DNA from: Anaerolineales bacterium
GTDB lineage: Bacteria > Chloroflexota > Anaerolineae > Anaerolineales > Villigracilaceae
DNA: 64,000 bases
Assembly (NCBI GenBank): GCA_020851785.1
Contig: JADZCC010000065.1
Coordinates: 6,495 to 70,494, forward strand
Direction: 5' to 3'
Under the pieces are notes generated by a model. It was not told the origin of the DNA and did not search any database. It was given only the letters and a program-made list of their open reading frames with translations. Positions 19,234 to 27,192 of this stretch are shown here, one piece after another. The translations under genes and the position numbers were made by a program. Within the stretch, counting starts at the first letter, position 1; every line of letters begins with the position of its first letter.

Positions 19234-20613
19234 TTATTTGCCCAAAGCGGCAAGATATTGTTCCTGAATGGTGGCATTGACTTCTTCCGGGGTTAATTCC
19301 TCGGTGACGAGTTTGCCCAGCGCGTCTTGCATGATGGTGGAGAGTTTGGCGGCTTCAAAGATGCCCGCGAAACCCACGCCGTATTGGGAGGCCAATTCGG
19401 CTTCGCGCTTCAATTGCGCAGATTCGGTCACGTAGCCGTATTGGGAATCGTTACGAGCGGGGATCAAGCTCATGGTCTCGTTCCACTTGTTGTTGGCTTC
19501 CTTGCTGAAAGCAAGTTTCAACCACTCAGCGGCCAATTCCTTGTTCGGGCTGTAATCCGCAACGGCCAACCAGTCGTTGAAGGCTAACACAACGGGCTTG
19601 CTGTTGGGGAAGTTGGCGGGGTCGCCATAGAACGGATCAATCGTGATGTCGGACCAGATCGGGCGATCGAAGGCAGGAGCGGCCCAACCGGAGTGAGCCA
19701 AACAAACGCCGCCGTTGTCTTTTTGGGTGGCATCGTCCTTGTCAATCACCGAGCCTTGGCCAGCGGGCAAAGAACCAACCGCATTCGCGGCAGGGCCGTA
19801 GGTGGCCTGGCGCATCTTGAGGATGTATTCGGTGGTGGCTAAAGCTTCAGGTGAATCGAAGTTCGGGGTGCCGTCGGCTTTGTAGAGTTCGCCGCCCAGG
19901 GAGTAGTACACCAACAGCCAGAATTGCCAGTCGGCCATGGTGCCGGAATCCACAGGGATCAAAGCTTGTTGGGTCAGGGAGTTGGTCGCGGAGTCAATCT
20001 TGGAAAGTTGACCGGCAAATTTTTCCCATTCAGCGAAGTCTTTCGGGGTGCCGGTGGTCCAGCCGCCAGCTTCCATCAAGTCGGTGCGGCAGAACACATA
20101 GCGCGGAGCGGTGAAGATCGGTAAACCGCGGAGTTTGCCGTCATACTTAGCGTTCTCGAGAGCGGGGCCAAAGTTCTTGATATCCGGCCAGGCGCTTTCG
20201 CCCAGGTAAGAATCCATATCGGCCAGGCTTTCGCCGTAGAGGGTGTTCATTTCGGAGCCGAGGTTGATGATGTCGGGGCCAGCGCCAGCGGCAAAGAAGC
20301 CAGCGAAGGTGGTGTCCCAGCCAGACCAGGAGCCTTCGGTAATTTCAACGGTCACGCCAGGGTGAGCCGCTTCGAAAGCGGGGTTGATGTCGCTCTTGAG
20401 CCAGGCGATCGTGTCGGGGGTGTAGTCCAACAGGTAGATCTTCAAGGTCGTGGCTTCAGCGGGAGCGTCAGTCGCGGGGGCTTCGGTGGCCGGAGCGGCA
20501 GTCGCCGGGGCATCCGTCGCCGGAGCGGCAGTCGTCGCCGCGGCGCCACATGCGGTCAAGACCATGCTGACCAGCACGAGCAAAGACAACAAAGTAAACA
20601 GTTTCTTATTCAT
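19234..20613 (-). CDS. carbohydrate ABC transporter substrate-binding lipoprotein
   Basis: 459 aa. Lipobox LTAC followed by an Ala/Thr/Pro linker (AAATTAAPATDAPATAAPATEAPATDAPAE), then a family-1 solute-binding fold. Confidence 0.8.
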   Translation of the reverse strand: MNKKLFTLLSLLVLVSMVLTACGAAATTAAPATDAPATAAPATEAPATDAPAEATTLKIYLLDYTPDTIAWLKSDINPAFEAAHPGVTVEITEGSWSGWDTTFAGFFAAGAGPDIINLGSEMNTLYGESLADMDSYLGESAWPDIKNFGPALENAKYDGKLRGLPIFTAPRYVFCRTDLMEAGGWTTGTPKDFAEWEKFAGQLSKIDSATNSLTQQALIPVDSGTMADWQFWLLVYYSLGGELYKADGTPNFDSPEALATTEYILKMRQATYGPAANAVGSLPAGQGSVIDKDDATQKDNGGVCLAHSGWAAPAFDRPIWSDITIDPFYGDPANFPNSKPVVLAFNDWLAVADYSPNKELAAEWLKLAFSKEANNKWNETMSLIPARNDSQYGYVTESAQLKREAELASQYGVGFAGIFEAAKLSTIMQDALGKLVTEELTPEEVNATIQEQYLAALGK

Positions 20614-20717
20614 TTCTTCTCCTTAATAAATGTTTGAAACGATCCATTTGAATTAACCAATTGTATAGAAATCTCTGAATGCGCTCCTTTCTGGAAGACG
20701 ATCGGAATTTAGAACGT

Positions 20718-21566
20718 TCAAATCATCCTGCCGACTCGCTCGCGAACATCGCCTGCAAAGCGTTGGATAAACTCCTCCACAAATTCTATGGGGTTCAAAC
20801 TGCGGTTATGGATCAAAGGAGTCATATCCATTGCATAGGACAAACCCGTCGCCGCGTCCACTTCATGCGATTCAAAGTAGGTCGCGTTTGCGCGACGGCG
20901 TCCCATCGAAGCCAGGTCGTAGCGTTTACCGCCCACGATCTGGGAATCGAACACGCCCAACAACGCCAACTGCAGGTTTTCATGCGTGGAAAGATTCATC
21001 ACAACCTTGTCCGAATCGACCATCCAATCCAACCCGCGCCAGACTTCGCATCCCACGCATCGTTCGGGACGTTCAGCCTGGTCCAGCCTGCGTAAAGCTT
21101 CGATCACCCGTAAAGTAACCCCAATATGGGTATCGTGTTTATCCGCCAAATTATGAGTGTAGACATACTTTGGCCGGGTCGCTTTCAAAATTTTCAGAAT
21201 ATCTTCAACGGGCTCATTCTTTGAAGCGTCTTTGATCATCTTGCTGGGAATATCCAGCATGATCTGCGCCGCAAACTCGCCGACCACCGCCGCGCGATAT
21301 TGCTCGCGGAAGCGGACCCGGCGCATTTCCTCGTCGTCATAATCGGTATAAATGCTGTTGCGCGGCGAACCGCGCCCATCCGTAATCACCACGCCCGTAA
21401 ACCAGAGGTCCTTTTTCTGGAAGCACTCAATGATCGGTTGCGCCGCCATGATCTCAATATCATCCTGGTGTGCCGCCAGACATAAATGCGTGGTGCGCGC
21501 CAAAGCCTCTTCAAGCGGCACATTGTCCGGGACGTAAATTTCAGCCGTATCCAAATGGAATTTCAT
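20718..21566 (-). CDS. PIG-L/LmbE family N-acetylglucosaminyl deacetylase
   Basis: 282 aa. LCLAAHQDDIEIM matches the AHPDDE zinc-site motif of the PIG-L family. Confidence 0.7.
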   Translation of the reverse strand: MKFHLDTAEIYVPDNVPLEEALARTTHLCLAAHQDDIEIMAAQPIIECFQKKDLWFTGVVITDGRGSPRNSIYTDYDDEEMRRVRFREQYRAAVVGEFAAQIMLDIPSKMIKDASKNEPVEDILKILKATRPKYVYTHNLADKHDTHIGVTLRVIEALRRLDQAERPERCVGCEVWRGLDWMVDSDKVVMNLSTHENLQLALLGVFDSQIVGGKRYDLASMGRRRANATYFESHEVDAATGLSYAMDMTPLIHNRSLNPIEFVEEFIQRFAGDVRERVGRMI

Positions 21567-21569
21567 CTT

Positions 21570-22952
21570 CTATTTCTCCGCAATCGTGGGTAAACTCGCC
21601 GCCGCAATGGACTGGCCAACGCGACGTAATTTTTCGCTGGGTAAATTAATTTCGATCTTGTTCAACAATTCAGGAAACTCAGCTTCAAAAACCTGCTTCA
21701 CGCCTTCCAGCAACAAATCGCCGCCGCTCCCGGAAGTGCAACGTCCCAAAATCAGCACGTGTTTAATCTCGTAAAACTCCGCATAGTGGGCAATGCCATA
21801 GCCCAAATAAATGCCCATGCTTTGCCAAATCTTCTTCGCGCCGTCGTGTCCCGCTTCCAACTTCTCCTGCACGGACTTTAATTTCTCGGCGTCGGTCACA
21901 TCCACCGGCAGTTCAATCCCCGCGTTGGGCGCAAGCCGAAAGGCGCACTGTTGCGAGAAATAAGTCGCGCCGCAACCCAGGTCGCCAGACCACTCCTCCA
22001 ACGGAGCCGTTGAGCTGTAATCAATTGGGGCAAAGGCCAGTTCATTCAGCCAGCCCATAATCTTGCCTTCCATGTTCACATATCCAGCCGCTTCGCTGGA
22101 GCCAAGCGCAATGCCGAGGATGCCGTTATCTTCAATGGACATCGAACCCGCCAAAGCGGTCACGTCGCCATCGTTGATAATCTCCAGCGGCACGCCCATC
22201 TCGTCGCGAATCCGCAAAAACATATTCCGAATTTCATCAAAGCGCTCTTCTGGAATGGCGCGAAACAGAGAAGCCACCATCGGACGGTTGTCAATGTAAA
22301 TGCCCGCCGAACTGCCGCCAATTGCATCCACGCGCGGCAATTTGCTGGCCGCAGTTTTCAACGCCTGCATCACTTCGTTATAGTGATATTGCGGGTCGGC
22401 ATGCTTCTTCGGCTCCCAAACCACTTCTTCGCTATAAATCGGCGTTCCGTCAATCACGGCGCTCACTTTTCGATCCGAAGCGCCCAGGTCAAACCCAATC
22501 CGATTGCCCTGCATGTGACGCCCCAAAGCTTTTCCAATTTCACGCGCGGCGGGGATTTTGTCTTCGCTCGCAAAGATCACCGTGAAATCTTTTTGATAGA
22601 CCTTGCCCATAAAGTCATAATCAAATTGGCGCGCGCCCTTGGCGGAATACGTCTCGCGTAAATGGTCTGCAACTTTTTGACTGCCGCTCACATAGAGCGT
22701 ATGCCCGCCGCGTTGCCAAAGTAAAAACTTAACGATCCGCTCGATATATTGATAGTTTTCGTCAAAATTTGGATGACCTTCGGGATAGATGAACGTCTCA
22801 AAGCGCGAGAATTCCTCCGCGCTTCTTTCCAAGCCGATTACGGCTCGCACGCCAACTGGCTTAACCGCCAGCTGAAAATTTCGATTCGCCAAAATCGCCG
22901 GGCGAAACGCTTCATCCAAGGGGGGAACAACTTTGGGCTTAATTAAGTGCAT
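21570..22952 (-). CDS. ROK/actin-fold sugar kinase-like protein
   Basis: IGFDLGASDRKVS, AIGGSSAGIY, INDGDVTALAG and GIALGSSEAAGY phosphate/adenosine motifs. Start taken at ATG 22952 (MHLIKPK). The track start 22985 would overlap the upstream gene by 47 nt. Confidence 0.65.
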   Translation of the reverse strand: MHLIKPKVVPPLDEAFRPAILANRNFQLAVKPVGVRAVIGLERSAEEFSRFETFIYPEGHPNFDENYQYIERIVKFLLWQRGGHTLYVSGSQKVADHLRETYSAKGARQFDYDFMGKVYQKDFTVIFASEDKIPAAREIGKALGRHMQGNRIGFDLGASDRKVSAVIDGTPIYSEEVVWEPKKHADPQYHYNEVMQALKTAASKLPRVDAIGGSSAGIYIDNRPMVASLFRAIPEERFDEIRNMFLRIRDEMGVPLEIINDGDVTALAGSMSIEDNGILGIALGSSEAAGYVNMEGKIMGWLNELAFAPIDYSSTAPLEEWSGDLGCGATYFSQQCAFRLAPNAGIELPVDVTDAEKLKSVQEKLEAGHDGAKKIWQSMGIYLGYGIAHYAEFYEIKHVLILGRCTSGSGGDLLLEGVKQVFEAEFPELLNKIEINLPSEKLRRVGQSIAAASLPTIAEK

Positions 22953-24099
22953 GAGTGTTTTCCTGAAATAAGAGTGAGTAATCATCGAGCATTAAAAACG
23001 CAGACGCGCCGAGGATACATGCGCGATAATCCAATTTGCCAAGTTCAAGTTTTGTGCCTTGATACATCTTCTCCAGCGAAGCCTTGCGGATCGAGTTCTT
23101 GACCGCTTCAAACCAAAGGTCGCCAAGCTGAATCATGTCGCCGGTTAAGACAATTTTTTGAATGTTCAGAATGCCAATCAAGTTCGCCAGCGAAATGCCC
23201 AAATATTTCCCCGCCGCAGTAACCACCTTCCGAGCCTGTTCATTCTCCGCGGAGAACTTCGCAACCACCTGATCGAACGAAGCCACGCCCACCTGATTCA
23301 TCAAAGCGCGCGCGCCCGCCACCGTTTCCAAACAACCAAATTTTCCACAACGACACTGGAGACCATCTTCCTGCACCACCACATGCCCAATTTCACCCGC
23401 GCCGCCGCCATCGCCTTGAAACAAACGGCCGTTCACAAGGATGCCTGCGCCAATGCCGTGTTGAATATTGACGACGATCAAATTTTCGTCCACCGCATGT
23501 TCGCCGCCATAGACAAATTCGCCAATCGCAGTGGCCTGACTGTCATTCAAAATAGAAACCGGGGTTTTGTATTTCTCTTCAAGCAAACCAGCCAGGGGCA
23601 AATCTTTCCACGCCAAATTCACCGCATTGACAATCACCCCTTCGCGGGTATTCACCAAGCCGGGCGTCCCCACGCCAATGCCCACAATGGGGCGAATATC
23701 TTTATTAAATAATTGATCCAAAATTTGATAAATTAGCTCAAGCGCGTTATCCCCATCGCTGTCATTGACTTTAATTTCGACCGTCTCTTTGATCTCGCCC
23801 CGTAAATTGACGATGGCGCCGATAAATTTGTCCTGCCCTAAATTTAAACCGATCAAATGCCTTGCATCTGGAACCACGCTAAGCAGGATTGGCGTTTTAC
23901 CGCCCAAGGATTCCCCACGGCCCACCTCATCCACCAGGCCCTCTTTAAGCAAGCCGCTGACCACATCTGAAACCGTGGTGCGCGTCAGGTTCGTCACCCG
24001 CGCAATTTCAGCGCGGCTAATCGACTCGTGCGAAAAGATTGTCCGCAAGACTAAATCGCGATTATGTTGTTTAGTTTGCTGATGAGTAGCCTTCTTCAC
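22939..24099 (-). CDS. ROK family transcriptional repressor (NagC/XylR type)
   Basis: 386 aa. N-terminal wHTH (ISRAEIARVTNLTRTTVSDVVSGLLKEGLV) plus a ROK domain with the Cys motif CRCGKFGCLE. Confidence 0.85.
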   Translation of the reverse strand: MKKATHQQTKQHNRDLVLRTIFSHESISRAEIARVTNLTRTTVSDVVSGLLKEGLVDEVGRGESLGGKTPILLSVVPDARHLIGLNLGQDKFIGAIVNLRGEIKETVEIKVNDSDGDNALELIYQILDQLFNKDIRPIVGIGVGTPGLVNTREGVIVNAVNLAWKDLPLAGLLEEKYKTPVSILNDSQATAIGEFVYGGEHAVDENLIVVNIQHGIGAGILVNGRLFQGDGGGAGEIGHVVVQEDGLQCRCGKFGCLETVAGARALMNQVGVASFDQVVAKFSAENEQARKVVTAAGKYLGISLANLIGILNIQKIVLTGDMIQLGDLWFEAVKNSIRKASLEKMYQGTKLELGKLDYRACILGASAFLMLDDYSLLFQENTHALN

Positions 24100-24220
24100 G
24101 CGCCATTCCTTGCCTACACGAAGATAATTATGGACTTACTCTTTCCGAAACTTTGTAAATTCAATGGACTAACAAAGTTCATTTTACAGACTTCGTTCTC
24201 AAGAGTCAAGCGCCAACTTC

Positions 24221-24250
24221 TTGACAGAATTTAGGTATAGGGTATATAAT
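24221..24250 (+). promoter_or_regulatory. sigma-70-type promoter (TTGACA - 18 nt - TATAAT)
   Basis: TTGACA at 24221-24226 and TATAAT at 24245-24250, both consensus hexamers. Confidence 0.7.
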
Positions 24251-24282
24251 AATTTAGGTAAGACTAAATTATTATATACCCT
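24239..24282. promoter_or_regulatory. perfect 19-6-19 palindrome, candidate DtxR/MntR-family operator
   Basis: AGGGTATATAATAATTTAG (24239-24257), gtaaga, then CTAAATTATTATATACCCT (24264-24282). It overlaps the -10 box and sits upstream of the operon that encodes the DtxR-family regulator. Confidence 0.6.
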
Positions 24283-24303
24283 TTCAAAATAGGCTTGATT
24301 CAA

Positions 24304-24996
24304 ATGGAACATCTCCCCCTCCGCATTACTGGATTACTCGGTTTTCTCGGCGCGTTCATGTATGCCATTGGCGATGTGTTATTGCTCGCAAATAAAATAA
24401 ACAAAGACGATTATCCCAAACTTAAGCCATTTGCCAAACTGCTGTCAGGCGCAGAAATTATGGCGACACTTCCTCCCAACCGAATGATCTGGGGCGCATT
24501 GCTCGGCGTCTTTGCAACGCCTTTGTATGTGGTTGGATATTGGCACATCTATCAAGGTCTGGGCGGCGCGAATGCTTCAGTAGCGCTGGCAGTAATCGGC
24601 TTGTTTGGAAGCGCGTCCATCATCGGCGCGTTCGTGCACGGCTCTTTTTATTACATGGGCGAATACGTCCAGGCGCTGAATAACGTCAACGAAGAGTCGC
24701 AAGCGGTGATTGTCAAAATGATCGAGCGTCATAAAAAAGCTCTGATCATTTCCTATGCGCCTGTGATGATCTTCATCGTTATTGCTTCCATCCTATTTTC
24801 CGTTTTGGTTGCATCGGGCAACACGGCGTTCCCAATCTGGATGATCTGGATCACGCCGTTGACGATGACCATCGCGTGGCTGGTTCTCAAACGCATCCTG
24901 CCGCAATTCGTGCGCGACACAACGGAAGGCGCGGGCTTCAACATCGCGTTCATGGCTTTCTTTGCCTGCACGCTTACTACACTTTGGAACGGATGA
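24304..24996 (+). CDS. hypothetical polytopic membrane protein (about 6-7 TM)
   Basis: Start at ATG 24304 (MEHLPL) or TTG 24295. Hydrophobic throughout. The stop overlaps the regulator start (ATGATGA). Confidence 0.6.
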   Translation: MEHLPLRITGLLGFLGAFMYAIGDVLLLANKINKDDYPKLKPFAKLLSGAEIMATLPPNRMIWGALLGVFATPLYVVGYWHIYQGLGGANASVALAVIGLFGSASIIGAFVHGSFYYMGEYVQALNNVNEESQAVIVKMIERHKKALIISYAPVMIFIVIASILFSVLVASGNTAFPIWMIWITPLTMTIAWLVLKRILPQFVRDTTEGAGFNIAFMAFFACTLTTLWNG

Positions 24997-25664
24997 TGAA
25001 ACAAACGCTCACCATCTCAATTCAGGATTATCTGAAACATATTTACGAACTGACTGACGACGGCAAGCCCGCCAGCACAAACGCGCTCGCCGAACGGCTG
25101 AAGATCAAACCTGCGTCTGTGACTGGCATGGTGCAAAAACTTGCCTCGGCGAAGCCTGCGCTGGTTGAATATCAAAAACATCAGGGCGTCACGCTCACCA
25201 AAGAAGGCGAAAGAGCCGCGCTCGAAGTGATTCGCCATCATCGCCTGCTGGAGGCATGGCTTGTGCAAACGCTCGGCTATTCATGGGATGAAGTCCACGA
25301 TGAGGCGGAACGACTCGAACATGTGATTTCAGAAGACTTTGAGCGCCGCATTGCCGCGGCCATGGGACACCCGCTTCGCGACCCACACGGCGAGCCAATC
25401 CCCACTGCCGATCTTAAGATGCCGCTGGAAGATTCGACACCGCTCTCCGCGTTTCGCCCCAATCAAACCGGCGTAGTTCAATCGGTCAAATCCGCAGACG
25501 ATGATTTACTGCGTTATCTTGAAGCGCTCGGCATTACGCCTGGCGCGCAGTTTGAAGTGAAAGACTACTCTTCGTACGACCACAATCTCACCATGAAAAT
25601 CGGAAAGAAAACGTCTGTGCTTGGGTTGAACATCACAAGCAAAATTTTTGTTGAAGAAAGTTGA
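24993..25664 (+). CDS. DtxR/MntR family metal-dependent transcriptional regulator with a C-terminal FeoA/SH3-like domain
   Basis: MMKQTLTISIQDYLKHIYEL...ALAERLKIKPASVTGMVQKL...HHRLLEAWL...WDEVHDEAERLEH. The longer track ORF (24876) overlaps the preceding gene. Confidence 0.85.
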   Translation: MMKQTLTISIQDYLKHIYELTDDGKPASTNALAERLKIKPASVTGMVQKLASAKPALVEYQKHQGVTLTKEGERAALEVIRHHRLLEAWLVQTLGYSWDEVHDEAERLEHVISEDFERRIAAAMGHPLRDPHGEPIPTADLKMPLEDSTPLSAFRPNQTGVVQSVKSADDDLLRYLEALGITPGAQFEVKDYSSYDHNLTMKIGKKTSVLGLNITSKIFVEES

Positions 25665-25680
25665 AACGACCATAGACGAT

Positions 25681-25719
25681 AGACCATTGACCATTTTTAT
25701 AGTCAGCGGTCAATGGTCT
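25681..25719 (+). terminator. inverted repeat after the regulator gene (possible terminator, no T-run)
   Basis: AGACCATTGACC (25681-25692) and GGTCAATGGTCT (25708-25719). Confidence 0.35.
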
Positions 25720-25762
25720 AAGAAATCTGTACTCCGAAAATTATCAATACAGAAAAAAAATC

Positions 25763-26113
25763 ATGCTTGAACAATCGCTTCTATTCTCCTCACACCCATC
25801 AGTCAGTCTGACAGAAATCCTAATCGTCTTCACGATCGCGAGTCTCGCCTACTTTGTGGTCTTCAACAAATTTGAAAAACACGTCCCGTTGCAACGAAGA
25901 ATCGTCAAACTCTTTATCGTTGTCGGCGTACTTTCGATCATTGGCATCTTATTCAGCAGATACGCCTTCTGGGGAATGATCGCGTTGATGACCCTCCGGC
26001 AAGTTTATTTGCATGGCGTGTATTTCCCCAAACATGGAGTTAACGGCTTAACCGCCGAACCGTACGACAAATATTTAGAACTAACAGAAAGAATGAAAGG
26101 TAAAAAATCGTGA
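25763..26113 (+). CDS. small hypothetical membrane protein (3 TM)
   Basis: 116 aa with hydrophobic segments. 4-nt overlap with the next gene. Confidence 0.5.
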   Translation: MLEQSLLFSSHPSVSLTEILIVFTIASLAYFVVFNKFEKHVPLQRRIVKLFIVVGVLSIIGILFSRYAFWGMIALMTLRQVYLHGVYFPKHGVNGLTAEPYDKYLELTERMKGKKS

Positions 26114-26703
26114 ACGAAAACATTTTTCGCATTTTCGCCGCTCTCATGCTGTTTACAGGAGTCGGCATTTCAAGTTATTTCCGCCACAAAGCGGACAAGG
26201 AAACAAGCGAAAGCGTCTCGCGCAAAGTAGACGGTAGCGCAATGATGACAGCCATCAAGTTCGGCGGTCTGATCCTCTGGCTGAGTCCACTTGTGTATCT
26301 GATCAATCCCGCGTGGATGGACTGGTCAAAAATCGGCTTACCCGAATCGATTCGCTGGCTTGGAGTTGGGACAGGTATCCTCTGCACATTCGGCATCTAC
26401 TGGCTGTTCAGCAGTATCGGGCGTGGAATCACCCCCACCAGCGCCACGCGCAAAGAGCACAGGCTCGTCACGCACGGGATTTACAAATACATCCGACATC
26501 CGCTGTACACAATCGGTTCATCTTTCATCTTATCTTTCGGCGTCATGGCGGACAACTGGTTCATCGCCATGTTCGGGATTTTGGCTTTCATCCTCATGGC
26601 GATCCGCGCCCCAAAAGAGGAAGCTAATCTGATCGAGAAATTCGGCGACGAGTACCGCGAGTACATGAAGCGCACGGGAAAATTTCTGCCGAGGCTATTT
26701 TAA
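26110..26703 (+). CDS. isoprenylcysteine carboxyl methyltransferase (ICMT)/phospholipid methyltransferase family membrane protein
   Basis: 197 aa. LVTHGIYKYIRHPLYTIG and EEANLIEKFGDEYREYMKRT motifs. Confidence 0.7.
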   Translation: MNENIFRIFAALMLFTGVGISSYFRHKADKETSESVSRKVDGSAMMTAIKFGGLILWLSPLVYLINPAWMDWSKIGLPESIRWLGVGTGILCTFGIYWLFSSIGRGITPTSATRKEHRLVTHGIYKYIRHPLYTIGSSFILSFGVMADNWFIAMFGILAFILMAIRAPKEEANLIEKFGDEYREYMKRTGKFLPRLF

Positions 26704-26705
26704 GC

Positions 26706-27173
26706 ATGCTTGTAAAAATCTCAACCATCCTTCCTGCAAAACCCGAATTGGTTTGCCAGGAAGTTCAAAAGACAAAACTCCTACATTATGTCGGCAGTCC
26801 CCTTTTCAAATTCATTCCGTTGGATCAAACGCCTCTGCCTGAGCTTTGGCAAACCGGCGAATATATTGTGGACATGAAATTCTTTGGAGTTCTCTCATTC
26901 GGCAAACAAACCATTCGAATCAAGCCTACGCCAGAGCGTGAACGTCATCATTTACATACCATGTTAGACGATGGCGGGGGCGAACTCATTAAAACCTGGC
27001 GTCATCTCATCACAATTGACCAAGTCAGCGACGAGAAAACGCGCTATACCGATCAGGTGGAAGTAGAAGCAGGCGTATTAACTTTTTTTGCCTGGCTTTT
27101 TGCCAATGTCTTCTTCTGGCATCGGCAAAGACGCTGGCAGAAATTAATCCGCAATCATTTTAACTATCAATAA
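26706..27173 (+). CDS. hypothetical protein (possibly SRPBCC-like fold with a C-terminal hydrophobic helix)
   Basis: 155-aa ORF, same strand, tightly spaced with its neighbours. No motif recognised with confidence. Confidence 0.45.
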   Translation: MLVKISTILPAKPELVCQEVQKTKLLHYVGSPLFKFIPLDQTPLPELWQTGEYIVDMKFFGVLSFGKQTIRIKPTPERERHHLHTMLDDGGGELIKTWRHLITIDQVSDEKTRYTDQVEVEAGVLTFFAWLFANVFFWHRQRRWQKLIRNHFNYQ

Positions 27174-27192
27174 CTCTAGCAGAGGAAATTTT

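Noticed and set aside
24876-24992. Upstream extensions proposed by the ORF track for several genes: 24876 for the DtxR regulator, 14432, 15536, 22985, 29201, 45527, 56907, 59738, 63201 and 63493.
   Set aside because: - The extensions begin at TTG or at out-of-context codons.
- They overlap upstream genes or sit inside promoter hexamers.
- They add sequence with no family homology.
- Internal ATGs with better RBS or promoter geometry were preferred.
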